Assembly (NCBI GenBank): GCA_965552055.1
Contig: CBEVQO010000004.1
Coordinates: 106,213 to 170,212 of the forward strand
Origin: an uncultured bacterium
GTDB lineage: Bacteria; Hydrothermota; UBA3073; NMUJ01; CBEVQO01
Direction: 5' to 3'
DNA: 64,000 bases
Under the pieces are notes generated by a model, which worked only from the letters and a program-made list of their open reading frames with translations, was not told the DNA's origin and made no database searches. Positions 36,807-47,183 of this stretch are shown here, piece by piece. Position numbers and translations under genes: made by a program. How positions within the stretch are numbered: the stretch's first letter is position 1; each line of letters starts with the position of its first letter.

Positions 36807-37239
36807 ATTCTTTCTCCTTTTCATTAAAAAGTTTGTCAAATGTGTCAATAATTATTTTTGCTGCTTTGAAACCTGCTTTTATGATATCGACACTCGTTCC
36901 TCCTCTATAATATCCCAGGATGTGTAAACTTTCATAAACCGTATTAAGATGTGCTTTTAATTTGCCGTTATGCGGGATTTTGTTGAGCCATTGCATATAT
37001 TCTCTGTAATCCGCCGGTAATTCCTCTGGCTTTTTCCCCTTTTTTAAGATGTATGCATCTATTGCGAGAAGGACTGCGAGATATCCGATGGCACATGCCT
37101 CTGATACCCTTTTGCTATCGGCATATCTTATACCATATTCAATTGGTGTCTCCTTTAAAATATCCTTTGCATTTTTGAAATATCTTTTTGCTTCTCTTAT
37201 TGCTTCTTCAGGACTTTTAGGTCTTTCTCTTTTTTCCAT
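36784..37239 (-). CDS. DUF5618-like protein, copy B
   Basis: Same motifs; LNTVYESLHILGYYRG. Confidence 0.75.
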   Translation of the reverse strand: MEKRERPKSPEEAIREAKRYFKNAKDILKETPIEYGIRYADSKRVSEACAIGYLAVLLAIDAYILKKGKKPEELPADYREYMQWLNKIPHNGKLKAHLNTVYESLHILGYYRGGTSVDIIKAGFKAAKIIIDTFDKLFNEKEKEYGKKRKT

Positions 37240-37672
37240 ATTCTTTCTCCTTTTCATTAAAAAGTTTGTCAAATGTATCAATAATTATTTTTGCTGCTTT
37301 GAAACCTGATTTTATGATATCGACACTCGTTCCTCCTCTGTAATATCCCAGGATGTGTAAACTTTCATAAACCGTATTAAAATGTGCTTTTAATTTGCCG
37401 TTATGCGGTATTTTGTTGAGCCATTGCATATATTCTCTGTAATCCGCCGGTAATTCCTCTGGCTTTTTCCCCTTTTTTAAGATGTATGCATCTATTGCGA
37501 GAAGGACTGCGAGATATCCGATGGCACATGCCTCTGATACCCTTTTGCTATCGGCATATCTTATACCATATTCAATTGGTGTCTCCTTTAAAATATCCTT
37601 TGCATTTTTGAAATATCTTTTTGCTTCTCTTATTGCTTCTTCAGGACTTTTAGGTCTTTCTCTTTTTTCCAT
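37217..37672 (-). CDS. DUF5618-like protein, copy C
   Basis: Near-identical to copy B. Confidence 0.75.
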   Translation of the reverse strand: MEKRERPKSPEEAIREAKRYFKNAKDILKETPIEYGIRYADSKRVSEACAIGYLAVLLAIDAYILKKGKKPEELPADYREYMQWLNKIPHNGKLKAHFNTVYESLHILGYYRGGTSVDIIKSGFKAAKIIIDTFDKLFNEKEKEYGKKRKT

Positions 37673-38105
37673 ATTCTTTCTCCTTTTCATTAAAAAGTTT
37701 GTCAAATGTATCAATAATTACCTTTACTGCTTTGAAGCCCCCTTTTATCATATCAACATTTGTCCCGCCTCTGTAATATCCGAGGATATGCAGGTTCTCG
37801 TAAGCCGTGTTTAAGCACGCTTTTAGTTTGCCATTGTGCGGAATTTTACCAATTTCTTTCATGTATTCCGAAAATTTTGTTGGCAAATCTCCTGTTTCTT
37901 TACCTTTTTTAAGCAGATAAGCATCTATTGCCAGAAGTGCTGCAAGATAACCGATAGCACAAGCTTCTGATACCTTTTTGCTGTCAATATATCTTTCGTA
38001 TTCAACGGGTATTTCTTTTAAAATATTTTTGGCGTTTTTAAAGTATCTTTTGGCTTCAGAGATTGCTTCTTCAGGACTTTTGGGTCTTTCTCTTATTTTT
38101 TCCAC
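37650..38105 (-). CDS. DUF5618-like protein, copy D (most divergent)
   Basis: GTG start behind AAGGAGG; divergent throughout (EIPVEYERYIDSKKV, KETGDLPTKFSEY). Confidence 0.75.
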   Translation of the reverse strand: MEKIRERPKSPEEAISEAKRYFKNAKNILKEIPVEYERYIDSKKVSEACAIGYLAALLAIDAYLLKKGKETGDLPTKFSEYMKEIGKIPHNGKLKACLNTAYENLHILGYYRGGTNVDMIKGGFKAVKVIIDTFDKLFNEKEKEYGKKRKT

Positions 38106-38541
38106 TGCTTGCCTCCTTTTTCTTATTGAAAAGTTTATCGAAGGTGTCAATTATGAATTTGGCAGATTTAAAACCTTCTTTTATCATCTGGACACCCCTT
38201 CCGCCTCTATAATATCCGAATACATGTAAATTTTCATAGGCTGTATTAAAATGTGCTTTTAATTTGCCGTTATGCGGTATTTTGTTGAGCCATTGCATAT
38301 ATTCTCTGTAATCCGCCGGTAATTCCTCTGGCTTTTTCCCCTTTTTTAAGATGTATGCATCTATTGCGAGAAGGACTGCGAGATATCCGATGGCACATGC
38401 CTCTGATACCCTTTTGCTATCGGCATATCTTATACCATATTCAATTGGTGTCTCCTTTAAAATATCCTTTGCATTTTTGAAATATCTTTTTGCTTCTCTT
38501 ATTGCTTCTTCAGGACTTTTAGGTCTTTCTCTTTTTTCCAT
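38071..38541 (-). CDS. DUF5618-like protein, copy E
   Basis: Same motifs; [23 protein letters not shown]. Confidence 0.75.
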   Translation of the reverse strand: MEKRERPKSPEEAIREAKRYFKNAKDILKETPIEYGIRYADSKRVSEACAIGYLAVLLAIDAYILKKGKKPEELPADYREYMQWLNKIPHNGKLKAHFNTAYENLHVFGYYRGGRGVQMIKEGFKSAKFIIDTFDKLFNKKKEASSGKNKRKTQKS

Positions 38542-38971
38542 ATTCTTTCTCCTTTTCATTAAAAAGTTTGTCAAATGTATCAATAATTACCTTTACTGCT
38601 TTGAAGCCCCCTTTTATCATATCAACATTTGTCCCGCCTCTGTAATATCCGAACACATGCAGGTTTTCATAAGCCGTATTAAAATAAGCCTTTAATTTGC
38701 CGTTATGCGGGATTTTGTTGAGCCATTGCATATATTCTCTGTAATCCGCCGGTAATTCCTCTGGCTTTTTCCCCTTTTTTAAGATGTATGCATCTATTGC
38801 GAGAAGGACTGCGAGATATCCGATGGCACATGCCTCTGATACCCTTTTGCTATCGGCATATCTTATACCATATTCAATTGGTGTCTCCTTTAAAATATCT
38901 TTTGCATTTTTGAAATATCTTTTTGCTTCTCTTATTGCATCTTCAGGACTTTTGGGTCTTTCTCTTATCAT
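38519..38971 (-). CDS. DUF5618-like protein, copy F (first in the operon)
   Basis: ATGA overlap with the upstream kinase gene; [23 protein letters not shown]. Confidence 0.75.
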   Translation of the reverse strand: MIRERPKSPEDAIREAKRYFKNAKDILKETPIEYGIRYADSKRVSEACAIGYLAVLLAIDAYILKKGKKPEELPADYREYMQWLNKIPHNGKLKAYFNTAYENLHVFGYYRGGTNVDMIKGGFKAVKVIIDTFDKLFNEKEKEYGKKRKT

Positions 38972-39462
38972 CCCTGTTTATAACCTATTTTTCTCAAAAA
39001 TTCTTTTCGGCATTTTATGTCTTCTTCTTTTTCAAAGCCAAGAGGTGAGAATCCATCCACCACACCGAGCACACCTCTACCCTGTTCTGTTTCAGCGATT
39101 ATCACTTCACATGGGTTTGCAGTGGCACAGAATATCCTGCATACCTCCTGCACATTCTTTATTCGGTTCAAAACATTAATCGGATAAGCATTTTTTAAAA
39201 ATATGATAAATATGTGACCCGCCCCTATGTTCATTGCATTTTTCTTAGCAAGTTCAATCATCTCTTCATCGTTACCTGTGTATCTTATGAGACGGGGACC
39301 GGATGACTCACAAAAAGCCAGACCAAACTTTATCCCGGGAAAAGAAGTTATAAGAGCTTCATAAAGGTCTTCCACTGTTTTTATGAAATGAGACTGTCCC
39401 AAAATAAAATTCACTTCTTCGGGCTTTTCTATTTTTACTTTTAAAATTCTAACATCTGCCAT
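38968..39462 (-). CDS. Adenosine-specific kinase (DUF355 family)
   Basis: [50 protein letters not shown]; start trimmed to ATG 39462. Confidence 0.88.
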   Translation of the reverse strand: MADVRILKVKIEKPEEVNFILGQSHFIKTVEDLYEALITSFPGIKFGLAFCESSGPRLIRYTGNDEEMIELAKKNAMNIGAGHIFIIFLKNAYPINVLNRIKNVQEVCRIFCATANPCEVIIAETEQGRGVLGVVDGFSPLGFEKEEDIKCRKEFLRKIGYKQG

Positions 39463-39467
39463 CAATA

Positions 39468-39494
39468 AATATAAGCAAAATCCGAAATTGTCAA
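39468..39494 (-). promoter_or_regulatory. Promoter TTGACA-N15-TATATT, leaderless
   Basis: TTGACA 39494-39489, TATATT 39473-39468, ATG 39462 five nt later. Confidence 0.68.
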
Positions 39495-39518
39495 TAGTAA
39501 ATTTTTGCAATAAAATGA

Positions 39519-39545
39519 TTGACAAAATGAAATATCGAATATAAT
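39519..39545 (+). promoter_or_regulatory. Promoter TTGACA-N15-TATAAT, leaderless pdxJ
   Basis: TTGACA 39519-39524, TATAAT 39540-39545, ATG 39552. Confidence 0.72.
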
Positions 39546-39551
39546 AATAAA

Positions 39552-40259
39552 ATGAGATTATCAGTAAACATTGACCATATTGCTACCCTTAGAGAGGCGC
39601 GTAAAATACATTATCCTGACCCTGTTCATGCGGTCCATCTTATAGAAATAGCAGGAGCTCATGGTATTACCTGTCATTTAAGAATTGATAGAAGACATAT
39701 AAAGGAAAGGGATATCAAATTATTGAAGGAAATATCTTCTTTGCCATTAAATGTGGAGGTATCACTTACAGATGAGTTATTGCGCTTTTTATGTGATGTT
39801 CGTCCTGACTGGTGCTGTCTTGTTCCTGAGCGTCCAGAAGAAATAACAACAGAGGGTGGGCTCGATATTATAAAATTTTTCGAGGAAACAAAGAGAGCGG
39901 TTGATATTTTAAAATCATCGGATATAAAAGTAACAATTTTCATTGAGCCAGATAAAAAGATTATTGAGAAAGCCAGATTAACGGGTGCAGATGCGGTTGA
40001 GATAAATACCGGTAAATATTCGGAAAGCAAAGGAGAAGCTGCTATTCGTGAATATAAGCGCATAAAGGAAGCAGCGAAGTTTGCAAAAGAAATGGGTTTC
40101 GAGGTGCACGGCGGTCATGGCTTGAATTATCAGAATGTGAAATTAATAGCACAAATATCCGAAATTGAAGAGCTGAGTATAGGGCATAGTATAATATCTC
40201 GCGCCGTATTCGTCGGACTTGAGCGTGCAGTAAGGGAAATGCTCTTGCTCATTTCATGA
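39552..40259 (+). CDS. pdxJ: Pyridoxine 5'-phosphate synthase
   Basis: [56 protein letters not shown]. Confidence 0.96.
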   Translation: MRLSVNIDHIATLREARKIHYPDPVHAVHLIEIAGAHGITCHLRIDRRHIKERDIKLLKEISSLPLNVEVSLTDELLRFLCDVRPDWCCLVPERPEEITTEGGLDIIKFFEETKRAVDILKSSDIKVTIFIEPDKKIIEKARLTGADAVEINTGKYSESKGEAAIREYKRIKEAAKFAKEMGFEVHGGHGLNYQNVKLIAQISEIEELSIGHSIISRAVFVGLERAVREMLLLIS

Positions 40260-41818
40260 AGAAATTAATTCCCCTTTTAATAATATCTTTAATTTTAGGA
40301 TGTAAAAAGAAAGGAAAATTTCAGGAAATAACCGAAGATTTATCCGGCTTTAAAGTGTTTGTTCTCGGTGAAGACTTCCTTCATGTTTATAACATTAATG
40401 ACTTTAATGATGTTGTTACTTATAAACTTAACAGAAAATATGCGGGACTATATAAGGATGACAGTATTTATCTTTACGGTGAGGATTTAAGAATAATTCG
40501 TCCTTCTGGAATAAAACGCTTTACCAGGTTGAAAACAGGGTATAAGGGATTACTCTTCATAAAGAGAAAACCCATTTTACTTTTTGATAACTATTTGTTA
40601 AATGAGGTGCTTGATGCTTTTATTCCTTTGCGTTATGGTGAAAAAGTAATACCTGACCCTTCTGAAGATTATTTATATGTTCTTGATACAGCCTGTGTAA
40701 GGAAAATCGAGGTTGATTCCTTTAAAGTGATGGGTGAGATAAGGCATAAGAATTTAGCAGATATTGCTCTATCTCCTTTTGGTCTTCGTCTATATTGTGC
40801 GCATCTTGATACATTTCTGGTTTATGATGCAAGGAGTTTAAGATTTTTATATTCCATCGTATTGGACGATAACATCAATAAAATAGAATTAACAGGTGCA
40901 GGGAATAAGATATATTGTGTGTGTGGTAAAAAGATTTTTGTAATAGATAGAATAATGAAAAGGATAAAGCGGGTTTTGAAATTTTCGCAAAAAGTTATTG
41001 ATTTTAGATTATCGGATGAAGGAATAATAGGAATAGCTTTAACTCCATCCTATGTTTATTTCATTGATGCTGGGTTTGATAAAATTATTAAAAAGTTAAA
41101 TTTAAGTGAGATTTTATCTTTTGATATGTCTCCAAAGGGCACAAGATGCTATTTTGTTCGTCCTGATACTCTGGTTGAGATTCGTCTTCCTGATTTTAAG
41201 ATTTCTAAGAAATTGTATTTACCTGGGGTTAAAGGAGTTTGTGTTAAGAAATATGAGTCGGTTTCGAGTCAAATTGAAGTTGCGAAGGAAGCAGGAGAAA
41301 AGTTTTATGTTTTGCAGGTTGTTTCTACGCATAGTTTATCTCGTGCAAGGGAATTGAAGAATTTACTGCTGAAAGCAGGCTATCCTGCGTTTATAAGCCA
41401 AAGTGAAGGCTGGTATAGAGTAAGGATAGGTCTTTTTACGACAAAGGAAGATGCAGAGGCTCTGTGTAACGGTGTGGAGATGCTTACAGGTGAGCGCCCA
41501 TGGGTTGCACTCGCAGAAGTACCGCGAGATATAGTTCCAGATGTGAATACACCTGATATTACTGGTGATGGTGCACCTGAATTTTGTGTGCGTGCAAATA
41601 ATACCGAAATTATAATTTTCACTATAAGAGATAAAGTTTTCGTAAGAGTTCATACTATAAAGAAATTTGAACCGACATATATAGGTGAGCCCACATTTGA
41701 GGATATAAATAATGATGGAAGATACGAAATTGTAATCCCTATGGTTGAAGAGGGAATGTATTCTGTTATTTTCTACAGGGAAGGTGAATTTGAGGAAGAG
41801 ATAAGAGTCAGGGAATGA
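40256..41818 (+). CDS. Lipoprotein with beta-propeller and SPOR domain
   Basis: Lipobox ILGC; FYVLQVVS...GYPAFI....WYRVRIGLFTTKEDAEAL. Confidence 0.8.
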   Translation: MKKLIPLLIISLILGCKKKGKFQEITEDLSGFKVFVLGEDFLHVYNINDFNDVVTYKLNRKYAGLYKDDSIYLYGEDLRIIRPSGIKRFTRLKTGYKGLLFIKRKPILLFDNYLLNEVLDAFIPLRYGEKVIPDPSEDYLYVLDTACVRKIEVDSFKVMGEIRHKNLADIALSPFGLRLYCAHLDTFLVYDARSLRFLYSIVLDDNINKIELTGAGNKIYCVCGKKIFVIDRIMKRIKRVLKFSQKVIDFRLSDEGIIGIALTPSYVYFIDAGFDKIIKKLNLSEILSFDMSPKGTRCYFVRPDTLVEIRLPDFKISKKLYLPGVKGVCVKKYESVSSQIEVAKEAGEKFYVLQVVSTHSLSRARELKNLLLKAGYPAFISQSEGWYRVRIGLFTTKEDAEALCNGVEMLTGERPWVALAEVPRDIVPDVNTPDITGDGAPEFCVRANNTEIIIFTIRDKVFVRVHTIKKFEPTYIGEPTFEDINNDGRYEIVIPMVEEGMYSVIFYREGEFEEEIRVRE

Positions 41819-43074
41819 ATTTCAAAGAGGCTGTAGATTTTCTTTATTCTTTGATAAATTATGAAAGAACGGGTAAAAAAACAGAATGGAATCTCGAAGA
41901 TTTTCGTGCATTCCTTGAGAAAATAGGTTCTCCACATGAGAAAGTAAAAAATCCGATTCTTGTTGCAGGTACAAAAGGAAAAGGTTCCGTTGTTGCTTTT
42001 TTATCTTCGATTTTATCTCAGAAGTATAAAGTGGGTTCCTATTATTCTCCGCATCTTGTTTCTATCCGCGAGAGGATAAAATATCAGGGTGTGGATATTT
42101 CGGAAAAAGATTTTTGTAAGTTAGTGGATAAAATAAAACCTTATGTTACCGAAAAAAGGACATTTTTTGAAGCTTTAACAGCTATTGCATTTCTATATTT
42201 TGTTGATAAAAAAACGGATTACAATGTTATCGAAGTGGGACTCGGAGGTCGTCTTGATGCCACAAATGTTGTAAACAATAAATATTCTATATTGACGAGA
42301 ATAGGTTTTGACCATACAAGGACACTTGGAACAAATCTGGTCTCTATTGCGAAAGAGAAAGTAGCGATTCTAAAGCCCAATGGCATTTTAATATGTGAGC
42401 CACAGGCCGGTATCGTCAAAGGAGTTATTAGAAGTGCCTGTACAAAGTTAAATTGTGAGGCAATTTTTGTATCAAAAACAGAAGCTGGCATTCTCGATTT
42501 GAATGAAAAAGGGGCGAAATTTAGATACAGGGGATATGAGTTTGAAATTAAGATGACCGGGCTTCATCAAATTGTAAATGCACTCACTGCGATAAAATGT
42601 GCAGAGGCGATAGGCATTTCTTATCAGGATATACAAAAGGGTTTAAAGGAAGCTTTTATTCCGGGCAGATTTCAGGTTTTGAAAGTAAGGAAGAAGAAAG
42701 TGATTCTCGATGGTGCTCATAACGAAGATAGTTTTAAAGCACTTACTCAAACCTTGCAGGAGCTTTATGGCAGTAAGCCGAAAATTTATTGTGTATTTGC
42801 GATAATGAAGGACAAAGATTTACACAGAATTTTGCGTCTCTATGGTAAAACTTTTTATAAAGTTTATGCTACAGAATTGGATTGTCCGCGTGCACGCAAA
42901 TCATCCGAAATATGTGAAGAATTCCAGCAAATAAATGTAGAATGCGAGGCTATAGATAATCCAATAGAGGCTTTTGAAAGAGCACTTAAAGAAGCAAGCA
43001 GGGAAGATATCGTGCTTGTAACGGGTTCTTTTTATCTCATTGGCGAGGTCTTAAAATACATTCAAAATGTATGA
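41815..43074 (+). CDS. folC: Folylpolyglutamate synthase/dihydrofolate synthase
   Basis: LVAGTKGKGS, YSPHLVSIRERI, EVGLGGRLDATN, PGRFQ, ILDGAHN. Confidence 0.95.
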   Translation: MNFKEAVDFLYSLINYERTGKKTEWNLEDFRAFLEKIGSPHEKVKNPILVAGTKGKGSVVAFLSSILSQKYKVGSYYSPHLVSIRERIKYQGVDISEKDFCKLVDKIKPYVTEKRTFFEALTAIAFLYFVDKKTDYNVIEVGLGGRLDATNVVNNKYSILTRIGFDHTRTLGTNLVSIAKEKVAILKPNGILICEPQAGIVKGVIRSACTKLNCEAIFVSKTEAGILDLNEKGAKFRYRGYEFEIKMTGLHQIVNALTAIKCAEAIGISYQDIQKGLKEAFIPGRFQVLKVRKKKVILDGAHNEDSFKALTQTLQELYGSKPKIYCVFAIMKDKDLHRILRLYGKTFYKVYATELDCPRARKSSEICEEFQQINVECEAIDNPIEAFERALKEASREDIVLVTGSFYLIGEVLKYIQNV

Positions 43075-44233
43075 TATCGTAATAAAAGGTGGAAATATTT
43101 TAACTCCTTTTGAATTTATAAAAAATGGTGTAATTGCAATTGAAGATGGAAGAATTTCTTATGTTGGTGAAGAAGATAAACCTGCTCGTAAAGTCCTTTT
43201 AGCCAGAAATAAAGTGGTGATACCTGCTTTTTGCGACCCTCATACGCATCTTGTCTTTGCAGGCGATAGAGCTGATGAATTCGAAATGAGGTTGAAAGGT
43301 GTTCCTTATATGGAAATAGCAAAAAGAGGCGGTGGTATTATGTCAACCGTCAGAAAAGTAAGAGAGACTTCAGAAGAAGATTTGTTCTTAATGGCTTTAA
43401 AAAGATTGGATTATGCTCTTTACCATGGTACAGCGACTATTGAAATTAAATCAGGATATGGGTTAAATCTCGAAGAAGAATTGAAAATTTTAAGAGTTAT
43501 AAAGAGGTTAAAAGATAATCATAGAATAAGGATTGTTTCGACTTTCCTTGGTGCTCATTTTGTGCCTCCGGAATTCGAATATTCAGAATATGTTGACTAT
43601 GTAATAGATATGATACCAAAAGTCAAAGATTTATGTGACTTTTGTGATGTTTTTTGTGAGGAAGGAGCTTTTACACCTTCTGATTCTGAGCGCATTTTAG
43701 AGGCAGGAAAAAAATATGGTTTAATGCCGAAAATACACGCTGATGAGATAAAATCTTCTGGAGGAAGTGAAGTGGCAGGTAAAGTTGGTGCCGTTTCTGC
43801 TGACCATCTTGTTTATCCCTCTGATAATGGCTTGAAACTTATGGCGCAGGCAGGAACTGTGGCTGTGTTACTTCCGGGTACTTCTCTATTCCTTATGGAA
43901 AAAGAAACACCACCCGTTGAAAAAATGAGGTCTTTAAAAATACCCGTGGCAATAGGCACAGATTTTAATCCAGGTAGTTCACCTATTTTAAATATGCAAC
44001 TAATAGTATCACTGGCATGCCTGAAATACAAATTAACACCGCAAGAAGCAATAATAAGCGCAACTTATAACGCTGCAAAAGCTTTGAATCTCGAAAATGA
44101 AACTGGCAGTATTGAGGAAGGAAAATCTGCAGACATTTTAATAATGAAAGTAGAAAATTACAAAGAAATTCCTTACTGGATTGGCTTTGATTTAATCGAA
44201 AAGGTAATAGTGAAAGGCGAAATATGTAGATGA
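43067..44233 (+). CDS. hutI: Imidazolonepropionase
   Basis: DPHTHLVFAGDRADEF, GGGIMSTV, IEIKSGYGL, FLGAH, KIHADE, SADHL, TDFNPGSSP. Confidence 0.94.
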   Translation: MYDIVIKGGNILTPFEFIKNGVIAIEDGRISYVGEEDKPARKVLLARNKVVIPAFCDPHTHLVFAGDRADEFEMRLKGVPYMEIAKRGGGIMSTVRKVRETSEEDLFLMALKRLDYALYHGTATIEIKSGYGLNLEEELKILRVIKRLKDNHRIRIVSTFLGAHFVPPEFEYSEYVDYVIDMIPKVKDLCDFCDVFCEEGAFTPSDSERILEAGKKYGLMPKIHADEIKSSGGSEVAGKVGAVSADHLVYPSDNGLKLMAQAGTVAVLLPGTSLFLMEKETPPVEKMRSLKIPVAIGTDFNPGSSPILNMQLIVSLACLKYKLTPQEAIISATYNAAKALNLENETGSIEEGKSADILIMKVENYKEIPYWIGFDLIEKVIVKGEICR

Positions 44234-46170
44234 TTTTACTTATTCTTTCTATTTCTTTTAAGACTTTTTTGTGTTCTAACTATATGTATCATGCTATAAG
44301 GTCGGGAGACTCTGTTTTTATAGGCACAACAGGTGGTTTACTTATTTTTTATCCACATGAAAATTCGTTTAAAAAAATAACAATAGATGATGGTATACTC
44401 GGTAATGATATTGTTTCGCTTGACACAGGTTGTGGTGTATGGCTTTGTTGTAAAGGTAGAGGTGTTTCATGGGTTTCTTCACAAATTAAAAATTTTACTT
44501 CGTTTCATGGTCTGATAAGTACAAATGTTACATCGATAAAATATCTGGGTGACAGTGTTTTATGTGGAACAGATATTGGCTTATGGGTGTGGTATTTAAA
44601 TCGCAATGATTTTAACTGGTATAGCGATGTAAAGCCATCTTCAAATATTACCTGTCTTGCTGTTCATAAAGATAGATTATATTGTGGAACAAAAGCGGGT
44701 CTTGGCATAAAAATAGGAGATAGATGGAAAACTTTTGAAATAGGTGAAATAAACTGCATTTATGTTCATCAAGATACTATTTATGTTGGCACCGATAAAA
44801 ATCTTTATATTTTTTATGATACTACCCTTGTCTCCCAATGTGTGATAAATGTGAATAGCGATTTTAAAATAAACAATCTGTATTATGATACCGTGCTTTA
44901 TATTTGCGGTTCTACAGGTTTATATTTTTATCCTTCATTTGAAAGTGAAAGCTTATATGAGGGGTATAATATTACAGGGGTTTTTCCTTTCTCGGATACT
45001 CTTTATTTTATCACCTGGGGTAGCGGTATTTTAAAAGGAGAGAAAAAAATTTTGCCTTCAGGTTTGCCTTCGAATTTTTCGAAGTATCCCCGTGTTGATA
45101 AAAAAGGCAACTGCTGGATTGTGCATGCTGGAGGAGCAAAAGGTAAGATTACCAGAATAACTCCCGATGGTAAAGTAACTGTTTTTGATTTCTCTTCCTA
45201 TGCAAGCGGTGGAGGCTTCAATTCAATCTTCATCGATGCTCATAACAATTTGTGGGTGGGAAATTTTGATTGGGACCAAAACATAGGACTGATAAAAATA
45301 GATACATCCTTTAATGTTACTGTGATAGAACATGGAGGAAGCAAAATAGTAAGCGATATATCTGGCAAAAATGATACTATTTATTTTACAACATGGGAAA
45401 CAGGAATTTATAAATTACTTCCTTCCGGAGAGACACAACTTCTTAACAATACGATTGCAAAACCTGTGGAAATAAGGGTTGATAAAAATAACAGGATTTA
45501 TGTAATCACTTATAGTGAAGGACTGTGGCGTATAAATCAGACAGGTGAAGTTTATCAGATACCTTTGGGTTCTTTTGTGATGACAGGCTTACTGGTAGAT
45601 TCAAAAAATAGATTATGGGTGGGTACGGATAGAGGTATTTATGTTCTTGTGGATGAGATTGTTTGTGACTCATTTCCTTCTGTTGTTGGTTATGCTTTTT
45701 GTGAAGATGCTTTTGGAAATATCTGGTGTGAAGTACCAGAGAAAGGTCTATGTCAAATCGCGCCTTCGGGTGAAGTTTTTTATTATGGGCTTGACGATGG
45801 CTTTTGCAGTGTTGATATCAGTATAGAAGCAAGAGGTTTAGATTATGATCCTTATCATGGATATCTGTGGGCATGCACCCGTGATGGCGTTAGTCGAGTG
45901 GATATAGGCAAACCTTTATCTGAGATAAAAAATAAAGTCCTCGTTTTTCCAAACCCTGCAATTTCTCAAAAGGATAGAAGCGTAAATTTTCTTCATAAAA
46001 GTTTAAAAGGCGTAAAAATATTTACATTAAGCGGCAGAAAAGTATGTGAAATAAAAGCAGAAGATTCGAGAGCCGTTTGGGATATTACAAAGGTTTCTTC
46101 GGGTGTTTATATTTACATCGCTTACACGGAAGACGGAGTATTTAAAGGTAAAATTTTTGTTGTTCGATAA
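44230..46170 (+). CDS. PorZ-like beta-propeller protein with T9SS-like CTD
   Basis: Two-component-regulator-type propeller repeats (IFIDAHNNLWVG, VDSKNRLWVGT); C-terminal VFPNP...KIFTLSGRKV...SGVYI. Confidence 0.72.
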   Translation: MILLILSISFKTFLCSNYMYHAIRSGDSVFIGTTGGLLIFYPHENSFKKITIDDGILGNDIVSLDTGCGVWLCCKGRGVSWVSSQIKNFTSFHGLISTNVTSIKYLGDSVLCGTDIGLWVWYLNRNDFNWYSDVKPSSNITCLAVHKDRLYCGTKAGLGIKIGDRWKTFEIGEINCIYVHQDTIYVGTDKNLYIFYDTTLVSQCVINVNSDFKINNLYYDTVLYICGSTGLYFYPSFESESLYEGYNITGVFPFSDTLYFITWGSGILKGEKKILPSGLPSNFSKYPRVDKKGNCWIVHAGGAKGKITRITPDGKVTVFDFSSYASGGGFNSIFIDAHNNLWVGNFDWDQNIGLIKIDTSFNVTVIEHGGSKIVSDISGKNDTIYFTTWETGIYKLLPSGETQLLNNTIAKPVEIRVDKNNRIYVITYSEGLWRINQTGEVYQIPLGSFVMTGLLVDSKNRLWVGTDRGIYVLVDEIVCDSFPSVVGYAFCEDAFGNIWCEVPEKGLCQIAPSGEVFYYGLDDGFCSVDISIEARGLDYDPYHGYLWACTRDGVSRVDIGKPLSEIKNKVLVFPNPAISQKDRSVNFLHKSLKGVKIFTLSGRKVCEIKAEDSRAVWDITKVSSGVYIYIAYTEDGVFKGKIFVVR

Positions 46171-47183
46171 AACAAAGATAAAGATTCAAAAAAGGGCGCC
46201 TGTATCCATCTTATATAAGGCGTTTTTATCGTGAAAAATTTGTATTTTCTGTAATAAAAATATCCTTTTTCATTCCAGAAATTCTCAATGGAAAACTTTA
46301 CAATTTTTTCTGCTTTTTCTATTTTTGAGAACAAAGTAAATGCATAAATTGCTTGCGAAAGTGTTTGTCCATCAATTGGATAAAATCTCAGGTTGGTATA
46401 TTTTGGTAAATCGTTTAAAAATAAATTTTTTGAATAATAATCAAAAAGTGAAAACATTCTTTCTTTTATTTTTTCATCTTTTTTGATTTTCCAAATTTCG
46501 AAAAGATTTCTCAAATTAAATGCAGTATGCAGGTGGTCAATTTCTTTTGTTTTTATTTCTTCAGCCCAGTAATAAAAAGAGCCATCTTTATTCTGTTTTT
46601 CGAAAATATAGTTTAATATTTTGTCACAGATTTCTTCATATCCGCATCTTAAAAAAAAGTTTGCAAGGAATAAATTTGAATTTATGATACATGCATAATC
46701 CACAGGAGTATAGCTGATGCAAATTTTATTTTTACCTTTTTTTATGATTTTGAAATTTTGCAGGATATAGTTTGCTGTTTTCTTAGCCATTATTTTATAA
46801 ATTTCTTTTTTTGTTGTGTTATACAACTCTATGAGTGCTATTCCGCAAATAGCAGAGCATGTGGCATCGGGTGTCCATTCACTTATCAGCCATTTTTCAT
46901 CGCAAATCCACTTAAAGCCTTCCCCATATCCGCCATTGGAATCTTTTAGATAATTAGCAATGTTTTCTGCTTCTTTAATTTTATTTAGGAAAAGTAATCC
47001 ACGTATTATTTGAGCAATTGCTTGATTTGAACGGATTTTTTTTGAATTAAATAAAGGTCTTAAAAAATAAGGAAATAATTCTTTAATTTTGATAAAAGAT
47101 AGTGTATCAAAAGGGTCAAGACTAAAAAAGTGATTTTTTTGCATCCAGTTAAACAATTTCCTTAGAATTTCTTCAATTTTCAT
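46122..47183 (-). CDS. Hypothetical alpha-helical protein of the type found in polysaccharide loci
   Basis: DPFD..., TPDATCS, GSFYY, IDHLHTAF, YIRWIQA; family not securely named. Confidence 0.55.
   Translation of the reverse strand: MKIEEILRKLFNWMQKNHFFSLDPFDTLSFIKIKELFPYFLRPLFNSKKIRSNQAIAQIIRGLLFLNKIKEAENIANYLKDSNGGYGEGFKWICDEKWLISEWTPDATCSAICGIALIELYNTTKKEIYKIMAKKTANYILQNFKIIKKGKNKICISYTPVDYACIINSNLFLANFFLRCGYEEICDKILNYIFEKQNKDGSFYYWAEEIKTKEIDHLHTAFNLRNLFEIWKIKKDEKIKERMFSLFDYYSKNLFLNDLPKYTNLRFYPIDGQTLSQAIYAFTLFSKIEKAEKIVKFSIENFWNEKGYFYYRKYKFFTIKTPYIRWIQAPFFESLSLFYRTTKILPLNTPSSV

Larger units (their letters stand above)
36333..38971 (-). repeat. Tandem array of six ~433-bp gene-sized units
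   Basis: Start codons at 38971, 38541, 38105, 37672, 37239 and 36806 (spacings 430, 436, 433, 433, 433). Confidence 0.95.

Noticed and set aside
36333-38971. Diversity-generating retroelement targeting the array
   Set aside because: No reverse transcriptase or template repeat in the window; differences include many non-adenine and synonymous changes, which fit gene conversion better.
36616-39179. Repeated plus-strand ORFs beginning [12 protein letters not shown]
   Set aside because: Antisense shadows of the DUF5618-like copies.
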